DNA from: Fimicolochytrium jonesii | Taxonomy: Eukaryota | Direction: 5' to 3' | NCBI RefSeq assembly: GCF_025526975.1 | Contig: NW_026515702.1 | Span: 62,001-126,000, forward strand | DNA: 64,000 bases | Shown: in pieces, positions 60,949 through 64,000 of the stretch | Layout of the letters: every line of letters begins with the position of its first letter | How positions within the stretch are numbered: position 1 is the first letter of the stretch | The notes under the pieces: generated by a model | Told to the model about the DNA's origin: nothing | The model's database searches: none | Seen by the model: only the letters and a program-made list of their open reading frames with translations | Translations under genes and position numbers: made by a program

Positions 60949-62063
60949 TGTTGCGGGTGTGTCGTTGGTAACTTGTTACGTGGGGACGAGGGGGGGGGGG
61001 GGGAAGTTGAGGTAGTCTCTTATAACGGAGTGGGGAATTCCGTGGTGGGCGGGGGAGAGTGCGCGGGAAGCCGGAAGCCGGAAGACGGAAGTGACTGCAA
61101 GTATTTGCTTTTCTCCCGGGAGTGAGTGCGCCTGCGGAGTGGAGTGGGGTGGAGGTGGGGTGGATATGAAAGTTCGCTGCTGCCGGAAAGAGAGCACCCG
61201 CTTGGTTTGCTGCTTTTGTTGTTCTGCCCACGCCCGCCTTTCCGTTGTGCTTTCACATCTCACACCTCACACCCCGCCTGTTCCTGTTCCCATTCCCATT
61301 CCCATTCCCATTCCGGCGGGGCAGCGCGTTTCCTTCTTGCAAGTTGTTTGAGGGAGCTTCCTTTCCGGAGACGCGCGTCTCTCTTCTCTCTTCCGCGTCT
61401 CTCATTGGCTGCAATCTCCCGATGTTCCTAACCGCTTGCAACCACACACAACAGGGAAGGAAGAGAACCCCTGGATCATCCCGGATCACCTCTCCCGCCC
61501 AGCAACAACTTGCACCCACGCGACTGGCTGCGTGCTTCTAAATACTCTAAAACCTTCCCGCTTGGCGAGAGGGGGGGGGCGGGGGCATTCCGGCGGTTTT
61601 GCACAGGGGTTCCGGTTTGCGTGGGTTCATCGGAACCGGAATGGAAGGGAGCGTCACGTGAGACTCGGACGGTCGCAGCCAGTGGGGGGGCGAGGGATTC
61701 AATTTGCAGCGGAACTCTCTCACAATTGAGAATCGGACTCGGACGGAAGAGCGAGCGAGCGACACGGCGGGCGAAAGGAACACCCGGAAAGGGGACTGAC
61801 TCTTAGGGGAGGCGTGGATGTGGACACCCACTGGCTCTCTGCACTCTGCACACGCACAAGTTGATTCCGCGACAACGCCCCCGCCGGTTCCGGTTCCTCA
61901 ACCCCCACTCTTCTCACTCTTGCATAACGCCAAAAGCAGCGGGCGAAAAAAAGGTATATATCCCGTCCGACCGTCTCGCCATTCCCGCCCGCCCTGCCGA
62001 CCCCCAGCACTCGCTCATTGCAAAACACTCCCACCCCTCAACCACCCCCAAAGACGCTGCGAG
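60949..62063. promoter_or_regulatory. Shared divergent promoter of FTR1 and FET3
   Basis: 1.1-kb head-to-head spacer containing CCAAT (ATTGG near 61404), CACGTG (61655) and (CCCATT)n near 61290. Confidence 0.6.
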
Positions 62064-64000
62064 ATGTCCCCAATAACGCAGCTCCTGGCAGCAGCCACCC
62101 TCGCCCTCGCCTCCCTCACACCCACCCTCGCCGCCGCAACTTACAACTTTGACATCAACTACCTCAACGACGTCAACCCCGACGGCCTCTACCCGCGCAG
62201 AGTCATCACAGTCAACAACAAGTGGCCTCCACCGCTCGTTCTCGCCAAAGTGAATGAGACTCTGAGCATTAATGTCAAGAATTCGTTGCCTGTTCCGACG
62301 TCTCTCCATTCCCATGGATTGTTTTTCAACAAGACGAATTGGTTGGATGGGGCACCCGGCGTCACGCAGTGTGGCATTCCAACGGGGAGCGAGTTCAAGT
62401 ATGAGTATACGCCTGCTCAGCATGGGACGTTCTGGTACCATGCTCATAATAGAGGGCAGTATGTCGATGGTTTTAGAGGTGAGTACCGGCTCGATACGTG
62501 CGCGGTAGCGAACGGGGACTGCGGCGAACGCGAGCGGAGCGAGCCACACTTGCGCCAAAGGCGCAAGATTCCCCTAACCACGGCTCTTAGCGAGTACTGG
62601 CGAGCGTTGTCCCGAGCGGAGCGAGCAGGATGTCATTCATCCATACATCCAACCAACCGTCCATCGCTTCGCATCGCGGTCCGTCAACCAACCTCCCTTC
62701 ATTCACACTCACTCACTCACTTCGTTCGTTCGCTCCGTTCGTAGGCCCCCTGATCATCCAAGCCGCGCAAGAAGCGTACAAATACGACCACGAGTACGTC
62801 GTCATCCTCCACGACTGGTACCACAAAGAGTACGAAGAAATCTACGTCGACTACGGCGGTGTGCGCAACCCCACCGGGGTCGAACCCCCACCGGACAACA
62901 CCATCATCCTCGTCCACAATCTCTCCGACTACGTCGACAAGATCTCCTTCCTCCCGGGCAAAACCTACCGTCTCCGCTTCATCAACATGTCGGGCTTTGC
63001 CATGTTCCACGTCTCCCTAGGCGGACACTCCATGGACGTGATCGAGGTCGACGGCGTCGACACGGAGCGCAAGACCACGAACGGGTTCTGGGTCTCTGTC
63101 GCTTCCCGCTGGTCCGTATTGGTCGACACCAAGAACGCCACGGACGCGAACTACAACATGAACGTGATCGTCGACAACTCCATGTTTGTCATTGAGCCCC
63201 CATCGCTGAAACTCAACGTCACCCACCCGATCGAGTACTCCCCCACCGCCACCCTGAACGAGACCGTCCAACCCTACGAGGAGCTCAACGAGATGGAACT
63301 CTCCCCCCTCGTCCCCCTCGCCGCACCGGAACCCGACCAGGAACTCACGCTGGAGATCACCCTGGCCACCCTGGCCGACGGCGGGAACCATGGATTGTTC
63401 AATGGGATGACCTACACGCACCAGAAGGTGCCCACGATCTTGACGGCCATGACCACCGGCGCGAACGCGACGAACCCCACGGTGTATGGCGAGACGAACA
63501 GTTATTTGTTTGAGCGGAATAAGATGGTGCAGGTCGTCATCAACAACAACGATGGTGGGAGCCACCCGTTCCATTTACACGGGCATAATTTCGGTGAGTT
63601 TTGCCTTGGGGTTCGAGCGCGGGACGAAAGGGCGTAAAAACGCGTATTCCCCTCCCCCTCCCCCTGTCGTCTTGGCCCTCCCCCCAAACACCCAACTAAC
63701 CCCTTCCATCTCCTCCCCAGCCATCGTCTACCGCTCCGCCCAAGACGCCGGCGTCTACGACCCCATCACGACCCCTCTGACCTCGATCCCCGCCAACCCG
63801 GTTCGCCGCGACATCATCCAAGTCCCCAAGTTTGGCCACGCAATCATCCGCTTCCGCGCCGACAACCCGGGCGTGTGGCTCTTCCACTGCCACATCCAAT
63901 GGCACATGGACTCGGGCCTCGCCGCCACATTCGTCGTGGCGCCCGACGCCATGCAGGCCGAGCAGAACATCCCGCAGTTTGTCACCGACCAGTGCAAGAC
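62064..64000 (+). CDS. FET3: Multicopper ferroxidase Fet3 (3' truncated by window end)
   Basis: Signal peptide; Cu motifs HSHG, WYHAH, HPFHLHGH and HCHIQWH..GL (Leu axial); introns 62479-62744 and about 63594-63720; head-to-head with FTR1. Confidence 0.93.

Noticed and set aside
61511..61517. TGCACCC Aft1-type iron element
   Set aside because: A single 7-mer; Aft1 iron regulation is characteristic of budding yeasts, so this is probably chance.
1..64000. CRISPR array, rRNA or intact transposase/RT
   Set aside because: No regularly spaced repeats, rRNA signatures or intact transposon enzymes were seen.

Overview
A gene-dense eukaryotic window with GT-AG spliceosomal introns. It is fungal, and most likely a zoosporic (chytrid-type) fungus; this is inferred from FAM72, HROB, CPSF6 and p25alpha-motif genes occurring alongside fungal FTR1/FET3 and YPK1. 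Recognisable genes are STM1/SERBP1, a LIM-C1-RhoGAP, YPK1/Gad8 kinase, RPL25, three identical tRNA-Pro(AGG), CPSF6, an F-box protein, HROB, an AAA ATPase, RPS27, FAM72, a MEIOB-like OB-fold protein, a PA14 protein, a partial-p25alpha repeat protein, an LCLAT1/CST26-type acyltransferase, MTR3, a DUF4112 protein, a mitochondrial SSB-like protein and a divergent FTR1-FET3 pair (FET3 runs off the window). About 20.8-30 kb is a decaying accessory island. It holds a restriction-endonuclease-fold remnant, a 30-bp hairpin, a GRDP-ubiquitin fusion with a decayed paralog, and a stand-alone di-glycine ubiquitin-like gene. A frameshifted, apparently intronless VWA gene and a TIR element are also present. 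Unexplained non-coding signals are a 13-mer (CGAGCGNAGCGAG) recurring in sense orientation in long, mostly first, introns of 7 genes, a recurrent intergenic 15-mer (AAATCGACAGCGCGT), a five-fold ACGCGT cluster and block-wise C/G skew. Exon models and family calls were made by eye, and no database searches were run.
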